Below the pieces are notes generated by a model. The model was not told the origin of the DNA and did not search any database. It saw only the letters and a list, made by a program, of their open reading frames with translations. The translations under genes were made by a program, and so were the position numbers. Positions 23,334-33,531 of a DNA stretch of 64,000 nt are shown one piece after another; within the stretch, counting starts at the first letter, position 1; the number at the start of each line of letters is the position of its first letter. The DNA comes from Emiliania huxleyi CCMP1516 (taxonomy: Eukaryota), in NCBI RefSeq assembly GCF_000372725.1, contig NW_005201851.1, positions 29,683-93,682 of the forward strand. Reading direction: 5' to 3'.

Positions 23334-25088
23334 ATGGCCCTCGTGGCCGCTGCCCTCGCTCGCCTGCCCGCCTCCGCCGCAGCGCTCTCGCTTCCGGCGG
23401 CGTCCGCGGCGCGCGCACCCGTCGCGTACCGCTGCCCATCGTGCGGCGACCCGCTCCTGCCGACCTCCTCCGGCTCCCTCCGCTGCCGCAATGGGCACTC
23501 GGTCGACGCGGCGCGCGAGGGCCACCACCACCTTCTTCGGCGGCCGCTCTCTGCAAAGGTGGCCGAGGAGGCGGACCAGGTCGCGCGAGCCGCCAGAGCT
23601 TTCCACGACGGCGGCAGCTTTGACGCGGCCGCCGACGCAATCGCGGCCGAGGTGGTGCGAGCGCTCCTCGACGGCCCGCAGCCCGCCGCGGGGCGGGGCG
23701 CGCGGCGCGAACTGCTCGCCGCTGGCTGCGGCGACGGCCTCATCCTCCGCCGCATCGAGAGAGCGTTGCGGCAGAGAGGGAGCGATTTGGGCGGCGGTGG
23801 CGGCGGCGGTGGCGACGGCAGCAGCAGCTGCGGCGGCGGCGGCGGCGGCGGCGGCGACGGCGTGTGCAGCCCGGCGGTTGGGTTGTGGGGCGTGGACACC
23901 GCCAAGCGGGCGGTCAAGGCCGCGGCGAAGCGGCAGCCCTCCGCGCGCTTCGCCGTCGCGTCGCCGCACGCGCTTCCCTTCTCCGATGGCTGCTTCGACC
24001 TGGCGGCTGCCCTCGGCCTGCGCCGGCGGAGCCTGCGGGCGTGAACGGCGCCTCTCCACCCGGATGGCTGCGAACAGGTGCTGTCTGCCTTTGCGCCGGC
24101 GCGGATGGGAGAGGCGTCGCTCACCGGTTCATGACTTGGCTCGCTGAGGGCGGAGGAGTGTCGAGATGAGTAGGCGCCGCGGGACGAGATGTGCCGCTCG
24201 CTCGAGCTGCGCGAGACGGTACGCGAGATCGGTCGAGATTAGGCGCCGTGGGACGAGATGTGCCGTGTGCTGCGGCCGGGCGGCGCCGTCGTCGTCGCCC
24301 GCGGAGGCGCCGCGCCATCAGAGGGAGCTGCGCCAGCTCCGTTAATCAATGTGGATGCCGAGATGGTGCCTGCGGATCAGGTGCCGCGCCATCGGAGCTG
24401 CGCCTACGTCCGTTGAGGAAGGACTGACGGCCAGGTGGTGGACGGGTCAGGTCCGCGCCATCTGCGAGAGCTGCGTGCGCTGGCGGGCGCACCGGTCTAC
24501 TCGGAGCCCAAGCAGGTGAAAGCCAGTCTTAAACCCACGCACGCACGCACGCACGCACACGCGTGCGCGCGCGCACACACACACGCACACACACGCACAC
24601 ATGCACACAACACCGCTCTCCCACGCACTGGGCCTCGCACTTTCAATGCGCGGCTCCTGTCTTCAGACGACGGGGGGGGGGGGGGGGGTTGCCACCCGCT
24701 GGTGCCCCGCCGCCTCGTGCGCGTGCGGAGACGGTGCGGCCAACGCCCCCTCCCCTCAGGTCTCCGCCCAAAGTCCCCTTCCCCTCAGGGCTCCGCCGGC
24801 CAGGGCGAAAAGTACACCCGCCTCGAGCTGCAGAGGAGGTACCGCGGAGACGCGCTCGAGGCGCTCTGCGGGATGACGCCATTCTGCCGCAAGGCGCCGC
24901 GCGAGGGCAAGGCCGCGCTGCGCCGCGCCGCCGCCGCCGACGCCGCCGCCGATGCCGCCGGTGGCGGCGCCGGTGGCGGCGCCGATGGCGGCGGCGGGCT
25001 GGACGTCACTTTGGACGTGATCACATCGACGCATCGGGTGTGGCTGGGCACGGGGGGCTTTGCGGAGTGTCCGGAGGCGCTGTACTGA
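23334..25088 (+). CDS. RlmA-like (23S rRNA m1G745) SAM methyltransferase, probably organelle-targeted, multi-exon
   Basis: N-terminal Zn motif YRCPSCG...LRCRNGHSVDAAREGHHHLL, SAM motif GCGDG, GVDTAKRAV..AAKR, LPFSDGCFD, GPRHLRELR and MTPF, behind an Ala-rich leader. Confidence 0.8.
24535..24735 (+). repeat. (CA/CG)n plus conserved-tail element inside an intron
   Basis: CCCACGCACTGGGCCTCGCACTTTCAATGCG is homologous to the 21811-21850 tail. Confidence 0.7.
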
Positions 25089-25308
25089 GCACATGCCTGT
25101 TGCGCTAGCTACTAAATGTATGATCTCATCACATAAGACGGGCGCCCAGGGCGAAAAAAAAGGTGGCAGAACGAACGAGAAGACCCATTCTGACCCAATA
25201 CCCGGCTAGTTCGAGGCGGCGCGATACGAGGGCGCAATACGAGTATACAGAGAGCGGCAAAGCGGACAAGCGAGTTTCTGAGCCACCCGCCTGTTCGCCT
25301 TCGACGCC

Positions 25309-25599
25309 TCACGTGTTGAGGTTGCTAAACACAGACGGCGGCGGTGGCGGGCCACTGGCGGCGCCGGCAAAGAAGTAGTAGTAGATGAGCGGGCCCACGG
25401 CAACCAGCATGAGCATGATCCCTCCCGCCACATCAGTCGCCTCGCGCTCCTCTGGCGTCGCCTCGCGTGCCTTGGCCTTGCTGTACCGAAGATACGTGTC
25501 TGCCGTGTCGACCAGACCACCAAGGCCCTTTCTCGGCGGCGCCGGCTTTGCGGTGGCCCTCTCCCTTCCGTCGCGCTCGCGCGAGGACTTCTTCGCCAT
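25309..25599 (-). CDS. Small single-pass membrane protein (96 aa)
   Basis: ATG in GCC-like context, basic N-terminus, and one hydrophobic segment IMLMLVAVGPLIYYYFF. Confidence 0.45.
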   Translation of the reverse strand: MAKKSSRERDGRERATAKPAPPRKGLGGLVDTADTYLRYSKAKAREATPEEREATDVAGGIMLMLVAVGPLIYYYFFAGAASGPPPPPSVFSNLNT

Positions 25600-25773
25600 G
25601 ATATGTGTCGCGCGTCCGACTCGACTGGGCTGCTTGCCGATCGTGGAGGGCGAACGACGGCAAATTAGGCGCGGGGCGTGCGGCTAGTTGGGCTTGAAAA
25701 GAGGAATAAAACGGGGAAATTCGCCCACCGTAGTAGGTCTCATCTTTAAAATGAACTCTAGGCGCCGGTCTCC

Positions 25774-27360
25774 TCAGGACAACGAGAGGAGCTTCTCCTC
25801 CAGCTTCTCCTGCGTCTCCTCTGGCGATCCCCCGTCGGGCGCGACGCTGTTGTCCACAAACGTGCACGCAGTGGCGGCCACGATGATGCCAGCACCAACC
25901 AAGCTCTGCATCGTTGCGTCCTCGCCGGCGGCCTACGGCACGGCACGGCCGAAGAGGAGTCTATACAAGTTTGTGGGGCACCGGGCGCGCGCGGTAGTGT
26001 GCTGGCCTGGATCGTGAGGTATGCGATTCGCAGCATGAGCATCCACGCCGCCGCGAAGAAGGCCGTGCGCAGAAGCGGCGGGTTGCACCACACCACAAAG
26101 TAGTGAGCTGCGCGAAAGCCCAAGATGTACGGCAGGTGGAGGTCCTCCTGCACGCGGAGCGAGTCCGCAGCCAGGACTAGGCCTATTCAAGCCCAAGGAT
26201 GTCAAGAGCTAGAGTGGGCACGACACCGGCGATAGCGGCAAGGCGAGGTCCGATGAGGCTGGGAAGGCACTCGCCAGCCATGTGGAGATGCGCGGCCTTG
26301 GCGCGCTGAATCCAGCCCGACTCGACCATCTCCTTGTTGTAGTACGTCAGCTTGAGAATCCCGTTCGCTGGGATCCGCCCGAGGTCATACGGAATAAACA
26401 GCAGCAGCGTGAAGACACTGATCGCGCTGAGCATCTCGAGGTTGAGCCAGCCGGCATCGAGGTTGTCCATGTTCAGGAGCTCGAGCGCGACGAGATACGC
26501 GCAACACATGCACACGGCCCAGCCGGCGACAAAGCCGACGGTCCGCGCGAAGGGAATGTTGACGTACGCAGCGAGGTAGTGGAAGCAGCGCGCCGCGAGG
26601 AAGTAGAGCGCGAGCTGAGGCGCACCTTGCACGGCCAACTCATCGAAACTTTGCAGGCGCGCGGCCACCAGGAAGATGCCCACAAAGGGAGGCAGGTTCT
26701 CCTTGGCCATGTTGAGGTGAGCCGCCTTGCCGCGCACAAGCCAGTCACTCTCAACGATGTCGTTGTAGTACGTCAGCTTGAGGATGCCGTTGGCAGGGAT
26801 GCGACCAAGGTCATAAGGGACAAAGAGCAGCAACGTGAAGACGCAGGTGGCCGTGATAAGAGCAAAGGTCTTCTCCCCTTCGCTCGGCGCCTCGAGTGCC
26901 GAGTAGGCCCCGTAGACGAGGTACGCTACGTACATGGACGCGGCCCAGCCGGCGACGAAGCCCAGGGTTCGGGCAAAGGGCGGGTTGAGGATTGCCCCAA
27001 AGAAATGCACCAGGCGCCCGCAGCAGAACACCGCCGCTGGCCCTGCGAGACCCACCACGCCGAGCCCGTGCGCGGAGAGAGCGATTCCTGCGGCAGCCAT
27101 GGCAGCGGCGGCAGTGAGAGTGGCGACAGCCGCATGTAGTGTCATCAGCAGCGGGGCTGACCGATGAACGGTGTGAGATTTTCAGCCGTGAGGTTCTTGT
27201 GTGCGGCGCGGACACGGTTTGAGACATTGAGCTCCCTGGTGCCAGTGACATATTTCGTCAACGGCAAGAGGCCATTGACGAGGGCCCTCCGCGCGGTGGC
27301 GGGAACGAACGCCACCAATCCAAGCACGCACGCGTACACCAGCAGTAAGAGTTCGTCCAT
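25774..27360 (-). CDS. MAPEG-family membrane protein with three tandem MAPEG domains, multi-exon
   Basis: Three R..AH.N..E-like motifs (RAAHKNLTAENLTPF, KAAHLNMAKENLPPF, KAAHLHMAGECLPSL), each followed by R..H and N.P..RT..F...W motifs. Confidence 0.8.
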
Positions 27361-27440
27361 CGTTGCTCGGAGCTCGGCGAAGCATTACCGAGTGTTGACT
27401 GCGGCCGTCCCCTGATCTTTCTTGAGCACTTGAGCACTAG

Positions 27441-27573
27441 TGGCGTGCGGCGGGGGAGGCGGAGGAGAGCGAGAGCGAGGAGCTGCAGCTGGGCGAGGAC
27501 TGGACCAAGCACACGACAGCGGATGGCGTTGCCTACTACTTCAACAAGAACACCGGCGAGACGACGTGGACGC

Positions 27574-27659
<86 letters not shown>

Positions 27660-27660
27660 G
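27441..27660 (+). pseudogene. WW domain plus poly-proline exon fragment with no upstream start
   Basis: LGEDWTKHTTADGVAYYFNKNTGETTWTPPPP..., followed by (CCG)n. It begins at a TAG acceptor only 80 bp from the MAPEG start codon. Confidence 0.6.
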
Positions 27661-28676
27661 GTGGTGCGCCGGTCCGCAGGAGGGCCAAGCCGAGACCGGA
27701 GGCGCTAATCCCTCTCACTCGCGGTGGAGAGCCGTTTCCCCCTGTGGTTGCACCGTCGAGCGGGGGCATGTTCCCCCCGCCGTCCTTCGCGCAGGGGCCC
27801 GGCATGACGAGCTCGCCGTGGCTGGCTGCTGCGCCGGGCCCACGCGAGTGTGCGGAGCAGCTTGCGGTGCTCCGTGCCCAGGACAGGGCTTCCAAAGAGC
27901 AGGAGCAGATGCGGCGCACGGAGGAGATCGCACGCATGCAGGCGCGGATCGACGCGACTGGGTGCCGCCACTCAGCACATGTACATGTAGCGCGCAGGGG
28001 GGGGGGGGGGGGGCGCTGGAAGAGCGGGGGATTAGGGTTTTGGTCCCGGAGACTTGGGGGGGGGGGGGTCCCGACCCCCCCAGCAGCAGAGCGCTGCTGC
28101 TGGGGGGGGGGGGTCGGCCATGGCTTTAGATGTGCAGGGGGGGTACCGAGCAGGCTCCAGCGCACACGGTGTGCCACTCGCTCTCGCTCACACCGCGCTG
28201 TACCAGCGACTCGGGCATCGTACGCTGCAAGTTCTGAAGCGCCGCCCGGCTATCGAGGTGGAGACATACAGTGAAGTTGACGGCGCCGATGGGCGCGGTG
28301 GCAATGGCTCCATCAACGACGGGGGTGGCAACGACGGGCGGGTTGCGGGCCGGATGCTCCCTTGGCCGTGGTCGCCATCTCATCGAGGGGCCTTGGCCCG
28401 AGCCCGTCGATGGGTGAGGCCACAATCTAAACAGTAAAAAGTTGTGCTTTTTCTGAGCCCAACGATTAAGGAACGCTCGCCGCCGCCAGTCAGTAGCGAG
28501 CGGCTGCAGCATCACCACCTCCACCGACCGCCGCTCTCGCTCGGCGAGGCAGCGCCCGGCGGCGGCCTCTGCTTGCTCCATTCACCGTTCATTCCTGCGC
28601 CGTGTCTCCGCCTCGCCCCATCAAAACTCTATGGAAAGCCCCCAAAAGAAAACAATGTTTGACAGCGCCGACATTC

Positions 28677-30614
28677 ATGCCGTTGGCACAGAGGCAGGGT
28701 TGGCTACTGCTGCTCTTCGTCGCCGACACCAACGCGTTCTCGACGCTACCACCGCCGACGAGCAAGATCCCGAACCCTTGCTACCCGCCCGGCGCGCCGG
28801 TCGACCCGAGCCCGGACTGCAAGGCACGTCGTCCCGACTCCCGAGCATGAGAGTCGGACGCCGGCCAAGTCATTCGGCAAACTCCCCGTAGGTTGGAAAC
28901 CAGATTTACAAAGGCTACACGTCCGCAAACTGCGAATATGACAACGGCTCGCCGAAAAATCTCCCATTCGACGAGGTCGCAACCGGCAACTTCAGCCAGT
29001 GCCTGATGCTCGCCAAACAGGCGTGGCTTCTGTCTTTATTACCCAAAAGCTAGGCCCACAGCGCCCTCTATGTTGGGTCAAGGCGGGCGCCTAGAAGAAG
29101 GCGCCGCCCCCCGAGGAGGAATCCCTGTCTCTCTCACGTGTCTCTCTCACGGAGCCGTCTGACCTGCCTCACATGACGCACGCCGTGTCAGGTTGTCGAC
29201 CTGAGCTTCGTTTGTTTGCAGCAGTCCTGTGAGGTGGGCATCTCGGGAGGCTACCACGCCGCCCGTCCAAGCGCCTTCTACACCGGCTCCCTGAAGTATC
29301 TTGAGCCATTCTACTCCGCCACCAAGCATGGAGGATGGACCGGAACAGTGAAGGATGCGAAGGAGGAGCTCGAGAAGACAGGCCATCAGGAATGCTCCAA
29401 GACCAGCCACCGCAGGCTCGACTCCTCAGTCTTCGAGGAACTTGCTGAGCTCGACGACTTCAAGGCGATGCAGTCTGGAGCGGCCGGTACTGACCCCGTC
29501 CCTCCCTCCCCCGGCTACGCGTTTCTGAACTGCTGGGCAACTGCCTACTTCACCGTTCTCCTCGATACGTGGCTCGGCGACGAAACAACGATCGTCGTCT
29601 TCGATGACTACGTCAAAAACACAAGCGTCGAATGGCGGGACGCAGCAATGGCTGGGCGCGTCGACAACGGCGCCGCTGGCAGCCCGGCCGTCGTGGTTGA
29701 CTGTGGCAGCAGCGGCTCGCGTCCAACCATCTTCAACACGACAGCGGGCGCCTGGCCGATCGCCATCGATGTCGACGATGCCATCTTGTCGAAGAAGACG
29801 CCGGGCATCTCCACGCAGGCCACGACCTGCAACAGGACGCTCAAGGCTTGCTATGAGGACTACTTCAAAGACATGATCCCCCAGCTCAAATCCGAGCTCC
29901 CGAAGTTGTTCCCCGGATCTGACGTTTACGACGTCCCCATCTACCTGCTCGCAACGGCCACTGGCGTTGTGATCCCTCTCCACGTACCCACCCCCCCAAC
30001 ACTTTAGCGCGCCACGTTTTTGCCGAGTAGGCCGGCATGCGCCTCAAGAATGACACCGAGGACGAGCAAATCTGGGACGCGGTGAAAGCGGTTTGGGCCG
30101 ACAATGGCATGCGGCTCAAGGAAGCAATGACGATTCCTGGCGATACTGAGGGCATCTACGGTCAGTTAACCTTGTAATGGACCTCACACCACACGCCTCC
30201 CACCGCCCTTCCCACACATCTCTCCTCGTCCGTTCCGTTCTCCTCGCAGGCTGGCAGGCGTTGAATTACGCTCTTTCCTCGGGCGCGAACGACACGGCAG
30301 GCTGGATCGACATCGGAGGGGCGAGCACCCAGATCACGTATGTTGCAACACATCCGCGCGTGCTTGAGCACGGCTACCCCAATACCCCTCTGAACCCAAG
30401 CGCCATCCCCGCAAAGCCAATGAAGCAGCTCTTCTCGCGGTCGTACATGCGCCACGGGCAGGACCAGGCGCGATGGATGATGCACTTGATGCTGAAGGCG
30501 GCCGACCCTTTTGGTGCTGGGCAGAGCGGGGGTGTCACAGGTGGATCGGATCGTGGGGTGGCGCGCAAGAACCCCCATATCCATATCGTCGGCGGGGTGG
30601 CGCTGCCCCCATAG
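28677..30614 (+). CDS. GDA1/CD39-family NTPDase (apyrase) with signal peptide and permuted motif order, multi-exon; 3' end uncertain
   Basis: ACR1 VVVDCGSSGSR, ACR2 LLATA/GMR, ACR3 EGIYGW, ACR4 DIGGASTQI and LFSRSYMRHG. The normally C-terminal NPC, TGNFSQC, C..AY...LL and VEW motifs lie upstream of ACR1. Confidence 0.8.
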
Positions 30615-30794
30615 CGTGGGTGGTCCATATCGTCGGCGGGGGTGGCGCTGCCATATCCATAGCGCGCAAGAACGAGGTCCCCCTCGTCCGAAGAGATGTG
30701 CAGGTTGATGCTTGGAGAATCCTCCCATCTCTCCCATCTCTCCCATCTCCACATCATTCTTCTCAGGTCATACTGACTGGGTTTCTCGCATGAA

Positions 30795-30877
30795 GTGTAC
30801 CTGTGTTAGTGCCAGTGCGCGCCAGTCCGTGCCCGTGTCGTGCGAGGGAGCTTTGTTCTTTATGTTGTAAAATTCTT
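30795..30877 (+). mobile_element. Short 3'-terminal copy of the retroelement at 43351-44010
   Basis: GTGTACCTGTGTTAGTGCCAGTGCGCGCCAGTCC is identical to the reverse complement of the repeat unit in 43351-43665, and ends in TAAAATTCTT. Confidence 0.7.
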
Positions 30878-31390
30878 CTGACTTCTCGCAATCGTGTCAC
30901 TGATCAAACGGTCTGCCTGGTCGAAATAGGGGCACACACAAGTCACAACAGTCTCTCTCACAACACACAAGCAAGTAAGTTCTAAGTAAGCAAGTGCCAC
31001 AAATACGTCAATAAAAAGAATTTTAAAACCGACGGCTCGCGCTTAATCACCACTGACAGGTTAGGCCTAGCGGGCCCTTGATTTTACACCTCAGTGCGCA
31101 GCATTTTTCGAGCAAATTCCTCCTTTGGTTGGAGCTACTTGAGCCTTGAGACTGGTCAGATTCTCCAAGACATTGGACTTTCAGCCACGATGTTACCTTT
31201 CAAAATCGGCTCTCTGGCGGCTACTTCTAGCCCACGAACTGCTGGGTGGTGCCCACCACATGCTGGGGGGCTGGGGGGGGGCTCCCTGGAAGCGATGTCC
31301 CTGGATGCTCGTAGGAACCGTTCGTCCTTTGTCCGAGCAAACGCGCGCCCGATCACCCCGTTGAGCACGTGTGCAGGGTATCCGAGCGCA

Positions 31391-32761
31391 ATGCAGCTGG
31401 CGAGATTGGCTGCCGTTCTCTTGAGCGCCCTCTTCATGCTCTGCTCGGCCGACAAGCACAAACCTGCGTCTGACGAGAAGCCCCATGTTCCCCACCGCAA
31501 GCCCCAAACCTACGGATTTTGGCGCCAGAACACCGGCTCCGTCCAGTACCGTGCGACACAAACGAGGGACGTTGACTACGACCCTGGTGACGACGTGATC
31601 CCACTCCTGACGGCGCTACGCGCGGCCCATGAGCGACGAAGAGAACCACCCATCATCGACCGACGCGACGAGGTTTTGGGAGCGCACGACCGGCAAGCCC
31701 GTTACAATGGGAGCGTAGCAGCTCAGCTCCGCACAAACCACAATCTGTGGGATGTGCAGTGGCACAAGGTGATTCCCTACCCGCCCGCGAGATACACGCC
31801 CTTTGAGAGGCTGGATAAGAGCCGCATCGCAGTGGCGACCATCTTGCACCTGCCATCGGGCTCCGCGGGCAAGAACGAGCGCTTTGCCTCAAAGCCTCTC
31901 GAGACGCTGCTGTGTGTGCTCCTCATCCTGAAGGCCGAGCTCGTGAGCACGGGGCGCCTCGACGGCGTCGACTTCGTCGTGCTGCACGACAACGTGCCCG
32001 ACGTGTGGCTCAGCGACCTGAACGCAAGCGGCGTGAAGACCGTGCGGATGCCCTTGCCCAAGTTGAGTTTGTACCCGACGGAGTTCTGCGCGGCGAATCT
32101 GCTCAAGGCGCACCTGCTCTCGCTGACGCAGTACGAGCGCGTGCTGTACACGGACGCGGACATGCTGCCCACCGGCTCGTGGCGCGACATCTTCGAGTAT
32201 GAGTACCCCGAGGGCCTCGTCGGAGAGATGATGGGCGTCGGCTTCTGGGGCAACATGTTCCTTATCCGGCCAAACGCCACACAGCACCAGGCGCTCTGGC
32301 CGTCCGCGCACCACCGGCGCTTCTCGCTCTCGCGAGGGTGGGAGAACCGCGGGCTGCATGTCTGGCCCACGCCGGGCGCCGCGCCGCTCTGCACCACTTT
32401 CGTTGACTTCTTCGATCACGCCTCCGCGCTGTGGATGTACCGGTGCGAAAAGTTTCACATTGTGTCGTGGCTGTGGTCGTCTGCGGCATGCGACCAAGGC
32501 TGGCTCTTCTGGGCATTCAACCTGACCGGGCACTCCACCTTTCGCGACCTGCGCGGCTACGGAGCCGATGAGCAGAGGTGCATGCACAGTGCCGACCGAT
32601 ACGTGCACTACGCGGGAATCAACAAGCCGTGGCTGCTAAACCCGAACGCTCGAAAGGGCAACATCGACACGAAGTCTTGGTGGGTGCTCCTCGAGTCGCT
32701 GGCCAAGCGCGAGGGGAAGCACCTCATCGACCAGAAGTGCCCTGGGCTGTCGGGGCATTGA
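31391..32761 (+). CDS. GT8 / glycogenin-like glycosyltransferase with signal peptide or anchor
   Basis: KAHLLSLTQYERVLYTDADML (DxD motif), CDQGWL and VHYAGINKPW, with a hydrophobic N-terminus MQLARLAAVLLSALFMLCSA. Confidence 0.85.
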   Translation: MQLARLAAVLLSALFMLCSADKHKPASDEKPHVPHRKPQTYGFWRQNTGSVQYRATQTRDVDYDPGDDVIPLLTALRAAHERRREPPIIDRRDEVLGAHDRQARYNGSVAAQLRTNHNLWDVQWHKVIPYPPARYTPFERLDKSRIAVATILHLPSGSAGKNERFASKPLETLLCVLLILKAELVSTGRLDGVDFVVLHDNVPDVWLSDLNASGVKTVRMPLPKLSLYPTEFCAANLLKAHLLSLTQYERVLYTDADMLPTGSWRDIFEYEYPEGLVGEMMGVGFWGNMFLIRPNATQHQALWPSAHHRRFSLSRGWENRGLHVWPTPGAAPLCTTFVDFFDHASALWMYRCEKFHIVSWLWSSAACDQGWLFWAFNLTGHSTFRDLRGYGADEQRCMHSADRYVHYAGINKPWLLNPNARKGNIDTKSWWVLLESLAKREGKHLIDQKCPGLSGH

Positions 32762-32777
32762 ATCTGCGAGTGGACTT

Positions 32778-32969
32778 ATGGTGTACTTCATGTATTCCGG
32801 TCAACCGACTCTTTGACCTTTGTCGAATTTTCCCCAAAGTTTAAAAGTAAGGCCAAAAAAGAATTAGCCTCAAACGCTCAAGTACACCATCCGGATAGTG
32901 TACTTTGGGGAAAATTCGACAAAGGTCAAAGAGTCGGTTGACCGGCGGAATACAATTTAAGTACACCAT
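32778..32969. mobile_element. MITE-like foldback element with inverted arms of about 60 bp
   Basis: ATGGTGTACTT...CCGGTCAACCGACTCTTTGACCTTTGTCGAATTTTCCCCAAAGT pairs with ACTTTGGGGAAAATTCGACAAAGGTCAAAGAGTCGGTTGACCGG...AAGTACACCAT. Confidence 0.8.
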
Positions 32970-33457
32970 CCCCCTGAGATCGCGATCTCGTCCCGATCTC
33001 CGGACCCTCCCTACCGACCTCCTCCGACCGCCGACCGCTCGTACCGCCCCCCGACCTCTCGTGGTCTCGTGCCGCTCCTCCCTAACGCGCGACCGTTCCC
33101 CTCCCGCCCCCCTCGCTCGCACCCGCACGGTTCCCACCAGTCGCTCAGTCACGCGTGCCGACCTCGCCCCTTCGCACCGAACGGGCCAAACTGGCCAAAC
33201 TGCCCCTCCGCCCGCCTCTACCCCGCTTTGTCTGGGGAGGGGCTTTCTCCTGCGGAGTCGTGCGTGCGCAGGGCTCCTCTTTGCTTTCTTCTACTCCCCC
33301 CTACTCTATCACATCTCGTTCCCGTCCTACCAGAGAAGTGTGTCTGTCTGTGTGTGTTGAGTCCGTCCGTGGCTCGGAGGGAGGCTTCAAGAGGGAAGGA
33401 GCGGGGCAACTGGGAATGTCAGAGCCCCTGAGTTGTGAAGAGAGGGGAGGATTTTGC

Positions 33458-33531
33458 GCTGTCAGAACGCTGTCAGAACGCTGTCAGAACGCTGTCAGAA
33501 CGCTGTCAGAACGGCGAGGTCTCTGTCAGAA
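33458..33531. repeat. 11-bp tandem repeat (GCTGTCAGAAC) x about 5
   Basis: Directly visible in the sequence. Confidence 0.85.
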
